Source of the DNA: an uncultured Desulfobulbaceae bacterium
Lineage (GTDB): Bacteria > Desulfobacterota > Desulfobulbia > Desulfobulbales > BM004
Assembly: GCA_945787325.1 (NCBI GenBank)
Contig: CALZHP010000005.1
Coordinates: 476 to 64,475 of the forward strand
Direction of reading: 5' to 3'
Length of the DNA: 64,000 nt
In this document: in pieces, positions 9,103 through 19,412 of the stretch
How positions within the stretch are numbered: position 1 is the first letter of the stretch
Layout: every line of letters starts with the position of its first letter
The notes under the pieces: generated by a model
Told to the model about the DNA's origin: nothing
Seen by the model: the letters and a program-made list of their open reading frames with translations, nothing else
Databases searched by the model: none
Translations under genes and position numbers: made by a program

Positions 9103-10458
9103 TTATGCTGCAGGTTTCCACTCTTTAAGATAAGAAGGTAAATGACCTGCTTCCCTTGGACCGATTGTAATGGTCCAATCTGGAAGCTCTTCTTCCAACT
9201 CACCTTTAATAGTTGCAAGATAACCGGGTATGATTAACTCGCGATGCTTGACTTTTTCTTCAATGCCGTTCTTTTTAATGAACTGGGCAATAAGATCAGC
9301 ACCAAACTTACCTGCCGCCCAGGCAGTCAATACTGAAAGACCTTCCGTGTCCTTAATAAGGAGCCATGATGGGACTTTGCTGCCTTCAACCTCTCCGGAA
9401 ACAATAAAGTATGTAAGGGAGAAGTTACAGGTAATGATGACTGGTGAATTCTCATCGGGACCATTGATCGGGTATATATCTTCCTTAACGACCATTGGCC
9501 GTTGAGGATCGGTAAATATGTTGAGCCTTTCAAGGAACAGAGGAAAAAGTGTGTCGCCTTGAAGATCTGAAAGAACTACGACACCAGCATATTTGGCTAT
9601 CATTACAGATGCGATCATGGTTTCCATTAGAGGATCACCTGTCATTTCACATGGAAATGTAATTGTCGGGAAGCCAAGCGGTTTATACTTTTTGTTTACA
9701 GAAGCTCTTCGCGCAACAACATTGTCTTCAAATGCAGCCTTAATAGTTCTTGCACCAGTATCAACCGCCAAGTCTTTCAGACCGGCTTCGATAAGTTTTT
9801 CAGAAACTGCTATGGCATCGTCCAGGTTTTCGCCTTTAACCGCTAGCGGTAAACCCGTGTCCTTTGCAAGTGCGGCCATCGCATCTGTGTTACCATTGTT
9901 GGCACCAAAAAGAATTGGCCTACGATCACCACAAAGCTTAGCACCGGCAGCTAAGGTTTTATCATTGTCACTGATAAGGATCAGGTTGGCATCATCTGAT
10001 TTGTCCAGAACATTTTGAACAAGACCGGTAAATGATGCTTCATCATTCTTAGCATCCTTTACAGCAATGAGATCTGCCTTCATTAATACGCCAACACGCT
10101 CAATACGAAGGTCATTAAACCTTGCAATGCGACCGTCAATGTCGGAATCACTCATTTCCGTAGAAATAAGAACTGCAATACCGGTAGGATTTTCAAATCT
10201 CTTTTCATGGCGGAATTGGCATGTTTCACCACCCATTGTAAAAGCCGAATCACCAGCGCCAACTTTAATGGTCCTGATTGGCGGAGCAGAAGCTTCCCCT
10301 ATAGTTTCTTTTGCTTCGTCGCTCACATACGGACATTCGCCAATCTCACTCTGCCCGGCAGCTACTTTCATAGCAAATGCGAGACAGGTTGGGATCCCGC
10401 ACTCCCCACAGTTAGTTTTGGGAAGCATTTTAAGGATTTGTATACCAGTTAATGCCAT
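9103..10458 (-). CDS. acsC: Corrinoid iron-sulfur protein large subunit (CODH/ACS gamma)
   Basis: N-terminal 4Fe-4S motif LPKTNCGECGIPTCLAFAMKVA. The rest is a TIM-barrel plus corrinoid-binding-type sequence of typical length (451 aa). It lies between acsB and hdrA. Confidence 0.9.
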   Translation of the reverse strand: MALTGIQILKMLPKTNCGECGIPTCLAFAMKVAAGQSEIGECPYVSDEAKETIGEASAPPIRTIKVGAGDSAFTMGGETCQFRHEKRFENPTGIAVLISTEMSDSDIDGRIARFNDLRIERVGVLMKADLIAVKDAKNDEASFTGLVQNVLDKSDDANLILISDNDKTLAAGAKLCGDRRPILFGANNGNTDAMAALAKDTGLPLAVKGENLDDAIAVSEKLIEAGLKDLAVDTGARTIKAAFEDNVVARRASVNKKYKPLGFPTITFPCEMTGDPLMETMIASVMIAKYAGVVVLSDLQGDTLFPLFLERLNIFTDPQRPMVVKEDIYPINGPDENSPVIITCNFSLTYFIVSGEVEGSKVPSWLLIKDTEGLSVLTAWAAGKFGADLIAQFIKKNGIEEKVKHRELIIPGYLATIKGELEEELPDWTITIGPREAGHLPSYLKEWKPAA

Positions 10459-10546
10459 TTCTATTCCTCCAGTCTAACGGAAAATATATTTATCATTAAT
10501 TTAGATTCTAATTGAGCTGGTGTTTAAAAGTTTCCGAAATATATAT

Positions 10547-12751
10547 TTAAACAACTGCATCCATTTTGAGAGCAGGGTGGCCTTTTTCCTTCATGAACTT
10601 CAGCACTTCTTCTTCAGTAGTGCCAACTTCTTCGTCCGCGATCATATCGTAAAAGTCCGGGAGACCTATTTCCTTACCCCTTTCCATGAGCTTGTCTTTC
10701 AATTCTTCTTTCAGCATTTTAGGCAGCCATACGACACGCTGCAGACCACCTTCAGCTTTAAATAATTTTTTACTTGTAAGATAATGCTTACTAACACCCA
10801 TGAAACCTGGAGTTTGAGCACCACCTCCAGCCATACCGGCAAGAGAAGTAAATTTCATACCGCTTGGTGTCATTCCCATATAATCCCTATTAACAACCAT
10901 AATGCCATTGCATTGCGGCAGCATGGCGGCGATAGCTTCAAAACAACCACAGGCCGTCATCGGGTTTGTCATTAATGAATAGCAGCTGACATCAGGTACT
11001 GCTCCCCGGGAGGCTTGGTTGACAAAATCATTGATACCTATAAATGTCCCAAGGTCTTCATCAACGCATTCACCTTTTTGAATAGGCTGGTTAGGGCCTG
11101 TTGGGTTGATCTGGAAAGAAGCTTTCCCATCCAGCCAGTTGTAAGCACCGCACATTCCAACCCTTTCCGGCGTAATCACGCAGACATGGCTGGGTGCAAA
11201 AGACTGACAGAGTGTACATGAGTAAAACACCTCTTCAGTTTCATCTGTCATGTCGCCAAGGCGCTTATCACGTTCGTCGTATACACCCTTTGCAAGTTCT
11301 ACTACTTCTTCAACTTTATCTTGCTCGGTGTAGATCTTAACCTGAACCTTGTCAAGAATAGCACCGAACTCCTGGTGCAGTTTTCCATGCAGCACTTTGC
11401 CTATATGGGCAAAAGAGAAACCTTTCTCAACTGCAGCTTTCCCGATCCTGATCCACATGATGTTACGCTGGCCAATATGCATAATACCTTGAATGTAATT
11501 GATCAGGTGGTGAAACTGGCGTTCTAGGATAGGTTCAAAATCAGACTGCATTTCACGTCCAGCTACTTCAACCAGAATAGCAATCGGAAGATTCTGCCCT
11601 TCTTTAATATCCTGAATGTCAGGTCCTTCAACGACTACATGTCCGTCTTGTACTTCGTCTAATTCCTTGGATACCAGAACTTCAACTCCGGTGGTACGTC
11701 CACCGCCGCATTCCATAAACAGGTCGTCTTTTCTGATTCGCTCTCCCTCGAAGGCAGGTCCGAAAGATAGGGGTATGTCAATTTTGGAAATATTTACTTT
11801 CAGGCCTCGTACTTCAATGGCCTTTTGTACAAATTCTTCATGAGGTACTTTGCTGACAACATGTTCATAGGTACAAATTCCTGTTGGCAGTACTTCAGGA
11901 ATATCGTAGTCAGAAATGGTTGGGAAGCCCCAGTTGATTGCACCGGCTGCATTTGCGTACCATTCGTCACTAACTGGTCCAAATGCCATAACAAAAGCAA
12001 ATGTCCTGTCTTTGTTGTAAATAAGGTTTCCTTTATAGTCACCAGGTTTGATACCACCAAAAGCCATGGCAACACGACAGGCAAAACCAATAGCAAAAAC
12101 CGCAGTTGTATAGCTTTTACCAAAAGGAACCAGGCGGGTGTTCCAGCCGACTTGTACACTATTATCAAGAAGCTGTTCAGGCATGCTGATACCGTTGCTA
12201 TGATCATGCATGAATATATAGAGATTTTTCTCCTGGAGTTCGAGAGCGATATTACTTGCTATTTCCTTGGTTGGAGGTGCACCCATGATTGCAGCAAAAC
12301 CTGGTGCTGTTCCATCAACAAACTCAACGCCTCTTTTCCTGAAAATAACGTCGTCAGCAGCACCCAACCATAAGTTCTCATCGGTTGGATCTTCCGTTTT
12401 AGTGTAGAAATTCGGCTCATTCAGGTAGCGAATAGCTTCGTACATTTCCTCGGCGAAAAAAGTTGCCATACCGGCATCAAGTGCAGGAGCCAGATAAGGA
12501 AGCCAGACATTTTCACTTACGTCATCTGGAAGAAGATAACGACTTTCCTGAAAGATGTCTTTCATGTCTCCCAGTTTTTCAACCTTGGCACCGAGCATAC
12601 TGTAAATAATAGGGAGGAAGTATGCTGTATTTGGAAAAGCAACTTCCTGTTCCGGGCCATACTTTTTCAAAGCTTCTTCATATGATTGTTCGGCCATATC
12701 TACAATCTTATGGGCTCCTCTAATGGCGGCTGAGCATATTATTTTCGACAT
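10547..12751 (-). CDS. acsB: Acetyl-CoA synthase catalytic subunit (A-cluster; CODH/ACS alpha / CdhC-type)
   Basis: 734 aa. A-cluster region reads FYSCTLCQSFAPSHVCVITPERVGMCGAYNWLD, followed by TACGCFE. Conserved N-terminus SAAIRGAHKIV. Confidence 0.92.
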   Translation of the reverse strand: MSKIICSAAIRGAHKIVDMAEQSYEEALKKYGPEQEVAFPNTAYFLPIIYSMLGAKVEKLGDMKDIFQESRYLLPDDVSENVWLPYLAPALDAGMATFFAEEMYEAIRYLNEPNFYTKTEDPTDENLWLGAADDVIFRKRGVEFVDGTAPGFAAIMGAPPTKEIASNIALELQEKNLYIFMHDHSNGISMPEQLLDNSVQVGWNTRLVPFGKSYTTAVFAIGFACRVAMAFGGIKPGDYKGNLIYNKDRTFAFVMAFGPVSDEWYANAAGAINWGFPTISDYDIPEVLPTGICTYEHVVSKVPHEEFVQKAIEVRGLKVNISKIDIPLSFGPAFEGERIRKDDLFMECGGGRTTGVEVLVSKELDEVQDGHVVVEGPDIQDIKEGQNLPIAILVEVAGREMQSDFEPILERQFHHLINYIQGIMHIGQRNIMWIRIGKAAVEKGFSFAHIGKVLHGKLHQEFGAILDKVQVKIYTEQDKVEEVVELAKGVYDERDKRLGDMTDETEEVFYSCTLCQSFAPSHVCVITPERVGMCGAYNWLDGKASFQINPTGPNQPIQKGECVDEDLGTFIGINDFVNQASRGAVPDVSCYSLMTNPMTACGCFEAIAAMLPQCNGIMVVNRDYMGMTPSGMKFTSLAGMAGGGAQTPGFMGVSKHYLTSKKLFKAEGGLQRVVWLPKMLKEELKDKLMERGKEIGLPDFYDMIADEEVGTTEEEVLKFMKEKGHPALKMDAVV

Positions 12752-12820
12752 TGCTAAACTCTCCTCTAAAGATGAAAGTTGATACTTAATGTGTTCATTA
12801 AAATTATATAATCGGTGCTT

Positions 12821-15433
12821 TTATCCTGTAAGACCGTTTATAAGAGATTTAGTAAGAGCGATTGATTCTGGGTGACGCATAACAAGAACCTCTCCACCGG
12901 CAAGAAGCATGCAGGTTGCTGTAACAGCTTCCATCAATACACCGCGGCGTTCCTGATCTCCCATCATGTCATCTGTTGGAAGTTTACATTCTTTTGTTTT
13001 CCACACTTCACGTCCCAAGTTACAGATAAAAGGTACCTGCAATTTTTCATCACTCTGAGTCAATGCTGCCAGTCTGATACGTTCCATTACTGAATATGTA
13101 TACTCAATCCCGTATCCTAAAGCGCCGACAGAAGGATCTATAAGAATAGAATCAAGTGATACTCCCAGGTTCTCAAGCAGAATATTAAGCTGCTTTGCCA
13201 GGTTTACATCAATAGGTGATGAAGCGACCATCGGATGCTGGAAAGCCATGGCGGTTGCACCAAGTGATCTGTAGTTGGAATCTTCAAGAGGCGCCAGACA
13301 AACTTTTTTTGTACCAATAAGTGAGGTAATCTCTCGAAGAGTTTCCGTGTCTTTTTCAGAATTTCCACAACCCCATACAATTATTGGAACATCAATATTA
13401 CTAATGACATCTGCAGCCGTTTTAGCTGCATCAGCAGACGACCTGTTCATACCATTCGGATCTGTACTTACAAGAGAAAGACAAAGAGCTTCAGCATTGT
13501 AATCATCAACACATTTTTTGGCCCAGGCAACTGGATCATTCAATACACCTGCAAAGTGTCTTGTAAGAGTATCTGGCCATTCTTCCGGCTCTACATCATT
13601 AATGTCCATGGCTATCAGTGGTTGTCGCGGCATGTCTCCTTCAAACAACTGGAAAGGCATAGTATTTGTACCACCAACTGTTACTGCAGATTCATCATTA
13701 CCAAGAAGTGTTTCACGAATATTTCCAGTGTATGCTTCTTTATAATGATCTTCTGGTACCTTTGTAGCCCTTTCTGACAATGCAGTCTTCTCAGTTTCGA
13801 GAGCCGTTGCAACTAAACCTCCTGATGGAGCAGTAGGTGCAGCTTTCTTAGCTTCTTCAGCTTTTTTGGCTTCTTCTACGGCTTTTGCTTCTGAAGCTTT
13901 CTTGTCTTCTTTTGCGGCTTTCGCATCAGCTTCAGTTTTGGCCTCTGCTTTTTTAGCTTCTTCAGCAGCTTTTGTTTCTGAAGCTTTCATGTCTTCTTCG
14001 GATTTAGATTCTGCAGCTGCCTTGGCTTCAGCAGCTTTGTCATCTGCAGTTGCTTTTGCCTCTGCTTCTTTAGCAGCACTGTCATCTTTTACAGGTTGGG
14101 GTGCCGGAGCAACAGATGGTGCAGAAGGAGTTCCGGTTGCTAGTTTTGGTTCGCGGCTTAGAACTGCTTCAGCGCCAGCAAATTTTGTGAGTGCTTCGAA
14201 CTGATCGTCTGAAAGGCCGTAAGCTTTTTTCAGGGCATCAATTCCTTGCCGTACAGATTCCAACGCCGCGAGACGTTCTTTTTCATTCATTTCATCTTCT
14301 CCTGCATCCTCTGTTTCTATCGTTTCCAGAACACCAGCATCGGGTGCTTGTGTCTGCAATCCTGTAGCTTTAGCCTTGGCTTCAGCAATAATTTTTTCAG
14401 CCTCTACCCTGGCATCTGCAAGTATTGAGTCTCTGTCTTCACTGGTATAAGCAGTTTCACTAATTTCAATTGCTTCCGGACGAGTTTCAACTATAGATTC
14501 AATAACAGCCTCGTCAAACACAGGCCTATCAGAAAGTCCTGCGCGGCTTATAATTTCAGCGGCTGCTTCTTCCCATTCAATTGCCATTATATGAGCGCCG
14601 TCAACACCTTCAATATCTTTAACCTGATTGATGATATCGACAGCGATGTTAATGCCTTCATCCTCTTTATCTTTGGCATCTTTCATCCTGGAAATAATAT
14701 CGTCTGTCACTTCCAGGCCGGGTACAAACTTTTTCATATACCTGGCCATGCCAAGAGACCTGGGAGGAGTTATCCCGGCAAGGATGTGTACCTTGTCTCG
14801 TAAGCCAAGGTCCCTAACCATTGACATAAATTTATCAAACTTATCTACATTGTATATAATTTGAGTTTGGATAAAATCGGCACCATTTGCTACTTTCTTG
14901 CCAACTCGGGCAGCCCTGAATTCAAAAGGTCCGGCAAAAGGATTTGCAGCGGCACCCAAAAACAATTTGGGTTCGCTGCTTTTTATATCCTCACCACATT
15001 GAAACTTGCGATCATCACGTAAACCTCTCATCATGCCGAGAAGCTGGATGGAGTCCATGTCGAATACACCTTTAGCACCCGGATGGTTTCCAAACTTCTG
15101 ATGATCACCGGTAAGGCAAAGCAAGTTTTTTAATCCGAGTGCTGAGGCACCCAGTACATCGCTTTGCATTCCAATTCGATTTCGATCACGGCAAGTCATC
15201 TGGATAACTGGCTCAATCCCTTCGGACTGAGTTATCAAACCAGCTGCAATACTTGACATACGCACAATTGCTGTCTGGCAGTCGGTTATATTTACTGCAT
15301 CCACATGCCCTTTTAACAGGCGGGCTTTTTTTCGGACAACCTCTGGGTCTCCACTTTTAGGTGGTCCGAGTTCGCCTGTAACCGCGAATTCTCCAGCCTT
15401 TAGAACTCTTTCTAAATTGCTTCCCGATTTCAT
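12821..15433 (-). CDS. Fusion protein: methylenetetrahydrofolate reductase (MetF-type) N-domain + Ala/Glu/Lys-rich linker + corrinoid Fe-S protein small subunit (AcsD/CdhD)
   Basis: The first ~300 aa are MetF-like (GEFAVTGELGPPKS, VNITDCQTAIVRMS, MTCRDRNRIG, CLTGDHQKFGNHP). A ~190-aa low-complexity AEK-rich linker follows. The C-terminal ~310 aa are AcsD-like (IVWGCGNSEKDTETL, IDPSVGALGYGIEYTYS). It is one uninterrupted 870-codon frame. Confidence 0.85.
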   Translation of the reverse strand: MKSGSNLERVLKAGEFAVTGELGPPKSGDPEVVRKKARLLKGHVDAVNITDCQTAIVRMSSIAAGLITQSEGIEPVIQMTCRDRNRIGMQSDVLGASALGLKNLLCLTGDHQKFGNHPGAKGVFDMDSIQLLGMMRGLRDDRKFQCGEDIKSSEPKLFLGAAANPFAGPFEFRAARVGKKVANGADFIQTQIIYNVDKFDKFMSMVRDLGLRDKVHILAGITPPRSLGMARYMKKFVPGLEVTDDIISRMKDAKDKEDEGINIAVDIINQVKDIEGVDGAHIMAIEWEEAAAEIISRAGLSDRPVFDEAVIESIVETRPEAIEISETAYTSEDRDSILADARVEAEKIIAEAKAKATGLQTQAPDAGVLETIETEDAGEDEMNEKERLAALESVRQGIDALKKAYGLSDDQFEALTKFAGAEAVLSREPKLATGTPSAPSVAPAPQPVKDDSAAKEAEAKATADDKAAEAKAAAESKSEEDMKASETKAAEEAKKAEAKTEADAKAAKEDKKASEAKAVEEAKKAEEAKKAAPTAPSGGLVATALETEKTALSERATKVPEDHYKEAYTGNIRETLLGNDESAVTVGGTNTMPFQLFEGDMPRQPLIAMDINDVEPEEWPDTLTRHFAGVLNDPVAWAKKCVDDYNAEALCLSLVSTDPNGMNRSSADAAKTAADVISNIDVPIIVWGCGNSEKDTETLREITSLIGTKKVCLAPLEDSNYRSLGATAMAFQHPMVASSPIDVNLAKQLNILLENLGVSLDSILIDPSVGALGYGIEYTYSVMERIRLAALTQSDEKLQVPFICNLGREVWKTKECKLPTDDMMGDQERRGVLMEAVTATCMLLAGGEVLVMRHPESIALTKSLINGLTG

Positions 15434-15501
15434 CGGTAATTTAATCCTTATTAAGTGTATTTTGATAAATCAGAATTAAAATAGTCCTTGATCAAATGAG
15501 A

Positions 15502-17502
15502 CTAAACGTTGTGTTGAGGACCAGTACATCCAACATCACCAACACCGGATCCTGTGCCGAGGTCTCGACGCATTTCCATATCGAAAAGTACACGTTCGCG
15601 CTGCTTGTCAATTCCAAGAGCCGCTCGTTTTTGATCTATCTTCTCGATCATGAGTTTGGCAATTTCAAGAGGCTTTTCGGCGACATTCCATACAGCACCA
15701 TACGTATCCATCATTCCTTCAAGCAGATAATTGTTGAATGCTTTCGCCCCACTTGTAGGTAGATTCTGGAAAACAACCTGAGCACCGCTGGCAACAAAAT
15801 ATTGCCCAATGGCCACAGCTTTTTCACTCATCCATAAAGGAGCTGTACCGATTGCCGGAAGATCACTGATATCGTCTCCAAGTCCACCTTCACGCACCAT
15901 TTCAGTTGCAGCAATAAGTATTCTGCTGTTGTCAACACAGGAACCCATGTGAAGTACAGGTGGCATACCTACGGTCTCACATACTTCTCGTAATCCCGGC
16001 CCGGCATGCTCAATTGCTGCTGGCTGAACAAGACCTGCCCTGCCAAGTGATGTTGCAGCACAACCGGTTGCGAGCACAAGAACATCATTCTTAATTAACT
16101 CGCGGGCAATGATTTCGTGTGTGTCATCGGCAAGCTTGTAGTTATCGCAGCCGACAATGACACCAACTCCTCGAATACGGCCATTGATTATATTATCGTT
16201 CAATGGACGGTAACTGCCGCGGAATGTACCACCAAGCATCTTATTAATTGTCTCATGACTGAAACCGACAACAACATCAAGCTTGGTTTCCTCTGGTATA
16301 AAACAATCTCCACGCTTCTTGTAGTTGTTGATAGCTTTGGTAAGAATCTTTTTGGCTGATGCAAGAGCATCTGCTTCTTCAAACTGCAGATGAATTGAAT
16401 CAGGCATTTTGGCCCGATAGTTGGTAGTAATAATGTCTGTATGAAAGTTTTTGGCAACTTCAGCAACTGATTGCATGATACACTGGACATCAACGACCAT
16501 AGCCTCAACAGCGCCGGTAGCAAGTGCCATTTCCTGCTGAACAAATCCTGCCGCAACCGGAATTCCTCGTCGCATCAGGATTTCATTACCGGTACAACAA
16601 ACACCTGTCAGGTTGATTCCCTTGGCACCAACTTTCTTTGCCAAGGCAAGCATATCTTCTTCCTGGGCAGCAAGACAGAGGGCTTCTGCCAGCAAAGGTT
16701 CATGACCATGAACCGTGATATTGACCTGGTCATCTCGCAACACGCCTAGATCAACAATTGCCCGGCGCGGAACTGGTGTGCCAAACATGATGTCGGTAAG
16801 CTCTGTGGAAAGCATGGAAGAACCCCAGCCGTCAGCCAGTGCACAACGAGAACCCTGGAGCATTATATTTTTATATTCCTGGTCAACACCCATGTGGGTA
16901 CGGTGCATCATTTCGACAACTTCACGATCAACTCCTCGTGGACCAACATTTAGTTGTTTCCAGATCTCCTGCCTTTTTGCAGGAGCGCGTTTCAGCATTG
17001 TTAGTGTATTGTCATCCTGGCTGCCGAATTCAGCAAGAGCAAGCTCACCAATTTCAACGGCGATCTCATTTTTATCACGCCCTTCAGTTTCAACTCCAAA
17101 AATCTCGGCAAGCATGTGCAGTTTTTTTACATCTTTTATTTCATTAGGTGTCTCGCCTTTTGCTGTCGCAATGAATCCTTTTACCATTTCCCTGGCATGG
17201 TCAGTGTGAGCAGCTGTACCAGCAGCAATAACACGTCCAAAATTTCTGGCAGCAACAGTATCTGCAGTTGCTCCACAAATTCCGATCATGTCATCAACAC
17301 CATCAATTATCTGGCAAGGGCCCATATTGCAGTGCCGACAACATGTTCCTCCAGATCCGAATAGACAGGCAGACATACCACGAGCTTCAATACGGTCGTA
17401 TGCAGTTTTAACGTTCTTGGCAATATCCTGCTGCAATACTTGTTTGGTGGAATTACAGGTTATATCGACACAACCTTCACATCCATTTCTTGAACTAGCC
17501 AT
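15502..17502 (-). CDS. cooS: Anaerobic Ni-Fe carbon monoxide dehydrogenase catalytic subunit
   Basis: 666 aa. N-terminal D/B-cluster cysteines read CLFGSGGTCCRHCNMGPC. C-cluster region motifs include HGHEPLL, CCTGNE and GSCVDN. Confidence 0.92.
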   Translation of the reverse strand: MASSRNGCEGCVDITCNSTKQVLQQDIAKNVKTAYDRIEARGMSACLFGSGGTCCRHCNMGPCQIIDGVDDMIGICGATADTVAARNFGRVIAAGTAAHTDHAREMVKGFIATAKGETPNEIKDVKKLHMLAEIFGVETEGRDKNEIAVEIGELALAEFGSQDDNTLTMLKRAPAKRQEIWKQLNVGPRGVDREVVEMMHRTHMGVDQEYKNIMLQGSRCALADGWGSSMLSTELTDIMFGTPVPRRAIVDLGVLRDDQVNITVHGHEPLLAEALCLAAQEEDMLALAKKVGAKGINLTGVCCTGNEILMRRGIPVAAGFVQQEMALATGAVEAMVVDVQCIMQSVAEVAKNFHTDIITTNYRAKMPDSIHLQFEEADALASAKKILTKAINNYKKRGDCFIPEETKLDVVVGFSHETINKMLGGTFRGSYRPLNDNIINGRIRGVGVIVGCDNYKLADDTHEIIARELIKNDVLVLATGCAATSLGRAGLVQPAAIEHAGPGLREVCETVGMPPVLHMGSCVDNSRILIAATEMVREGGLGDDISDLPAIGTAPLWMSEKAVAIGQYFVASGAQVVFQNLPTSGAKAFNNYLLEGMMDTYGAVWNVAEKPLEIAKLMIEKIDQKRAALGIDKQRERVLFDMEMRRDLGTGSGVGDVGCTGPQHNV

Positions 17503-17622
17503 TTTAAAATCCTCACATAATAGTTGTTATCATGTACATATTACTTAGATTGACATGTATACGATAATCATTATCAACTAACCATGCTTCTCTATTAGTA
17601 AAATGATTTTTTTATCATTTAT

Positions 17623-18534
17623 TTAACTAATTCCGGCAGCTAATTTTGCTGCTTTTAAGGTATTTTTCATTAGCATGGTAATTGTCATAGGACCAACACC
17701 GCCTGGAACAGGGGTGATGGAACCGGCAATTTCTTTGGCTGCATCAAAATCGACATCACCTCGGAGAATAGCGACCATTCTATTGGGGTCTTTTGCGCTT
17801 GGTTTTTCTCCAACACGGTTAACGCCAACGTCAATTACACAGGCGCCGGGTTTTATCCACTCTGGCTTAACAAGACCAGGAACACCTGCGGCAACTATCA
17901 GAATATCAGCACGTTTGCAATGTCCTGCAAGATCTTTGGTACCGGTATGTACAATCGTAACAGTTGAGTTGGCGCCAACACCTTTTTGAAGCATCATATT
18001 GGCTATAGGTTTACCAACTATATTGGAACGGCCTACAACCACAACTTCAGCCCCCTTCGTTTCAACACCTGTCCTAACGATCATTTCTTGTATGCCAGCT
18101 GGGGTGCATGGTGGAAACTTAACCTCATCTCCTCCAATCATAAGTCTTCCAACATTAACGGGATGGAAACCATCTACGTCCTTATCTGGGTCGATGGCAT
18201 TTAATACTTTTTTATCATCGATATGTTTTGGTAAGGGAAGCTGAACGAGAATTCCATGGATGGAATCATCATTATTATATTTATCAATCAATGAGAGGAG
18301 GTCATCTTCGGAAATATCTGGGGACTGATTTTCTTGAACTTCATGAAAACCCAGTTGGTTTGCTGTTTTAATTTTAAGGGTTACATATGATATTGATGCA
18401 GGATTTTCGCCTACGAGAATCGTTACCAGACCGGGAACGACTCCATGTTTTTCTTTTATCATTTTTACTTCATCAGCAATCTCTTCAAGAATTTGTTCCC
18501 TGATCTCTGTACCACTTATAATCTTAGCACTCAT
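17623..18534 (-). CDS. folD: Bifunctional methylene-THF dehydrogenase / methenyl-THF cyclohydrolase
   Basis: GILVQLPLPKHID, DVDGFHPVNVGRL, VVVGRSNIVGKP and TPVPGGVGPMT are all classic FolD motifs. Confidence 0.92.
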   Translation of the reverse strand: MSAKIISGTEIREQILEEIADEVKMIKEKHGVVPGLVTILVGENPASISYVTLKIKTANQLGFHEVQENQSPDISEDDLLSLIDKYNNDDSIHGILVQLPLPKHIDDKKVLNAIDPDKDVDGFHPVNVGRLMIGGDEVKFPPCTPAGIQEMIVRTGVETKGAEVVVVGRSNIVGKPIANMMLQKGVGANSTVTIVHTGTKDLAGHCKRADILIVAAGVPGLVKPEWIKPGACVIDVGVNRVGEKPSAKDPNRMVAILRGDVDFDAAKEIAGSITPVPGGVGPMTITMLMKNTLKAAKLAAGIS

Positions 18535-18920
18535 GTAAACGTTCTCCTCTTATAAGGCTCCGGCTCAGTTAAAAAAATAAACCACTAATTGATTGCATTT
18601 TTCATGGACAACACAAAGGAAAATCTAGTCAAAAAAAAAGACGATCAACAATAATTAATTTTCGAACTTTTTCAACAAAAGATTTTGAAAATAATATGTT
18701 ACAGACGGGAGGCAAGGAGTTCAAAAATGCCAGAAATAAGCCGCAAAAAAAAACAAACAACTGAATAGCCGTTCATCTTATGTCTTTTTGTAATAATTTC
18801 GAGCGATACCTAACCAGTTCGTCACTTTAATAAAAAAATAAAAACTCAAAATTTATACATCAAATAAATAAATTTTCATAGTCTTAATTTGCTCTATAAG
18901 CATTAATTTTTTTTTGTCCA

Positions 18921-19388
18921 TTATTTATGATATTTTTCTCCACATTTAATTGTATAAGCTCTATAGATTTGTTCGATCAGTATGAGGCGTGTCATATCGT
19001 GAGTAAAAGTCATTTTCGAAAGAGAAATAACTGAGTCGGCTTTATTTATGACAGTCTGAGACAGTCCCAATGGCCCGCCGATTAGAAATGAAATTTTTTT
19101 CCTGCCCTGCCCTTCCCATTTGCTTAGCAATGAGGACAAATTTTCAGATGTTATTTGCTGTCCTTGCGGATCAAGTACAACCCGAAAGGAAGATTCCGAT
19201 TCTGATATCAGGATTCCGGCTTCGTTTTCTTTGACAACTTCATCGCTTGAGTTCTTTCTGCTTTTTTTGTCCTTCAAATATTTTATTTCTAGCTGGACAT
19301 AGCGACTTAAACGTTTTGTATATTTGTCGATTCCGGTTGAAAGATATGACTCTTTTGTTTTTCCTAAAAAAAGAAATAGCAGCTTCAA
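18921..19388 (-). CDS. rlmH: 23S rRNA (pseudouridine1915-N3)-methyltransferase (SPOUT family)
   Basis: 155 aa. Motifs IGGPLG...LSLSKMTFTHDMTRLILIEQIYRAYTI..GEKYHK match the RlmH C-terminal knot region. Confidence 0.85.
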   Translation of the reverse strand: MKLLFLFLGKTKESYLSTGIDKYTKRLSRYVQLEIKYLKDKKSRKNSSDEVVKENEAGILISESESSFRVVLDPQGQQITSENLSSLLSKWEGQGRKKISFLIGGPLGLSQTVINKADSVISLSKMTFTHDMTRLILIEQIYRAYTIKCGEKYHK

Positions 19389-19412
19389 CCGAAAACCTCA
19401 GAGTATATAAAA

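Noticed and set aside
11800-12373. ORFs of 135 aa (minus, alternative frame) and 182 aa (plus) within acsB; similar ones within cooS (16715-17209, 16200-16556).
   Set aside because: They are embedded in genes with unmistakable AcsB and CooS motifs. They lack starts with an RBS and lack motifs.
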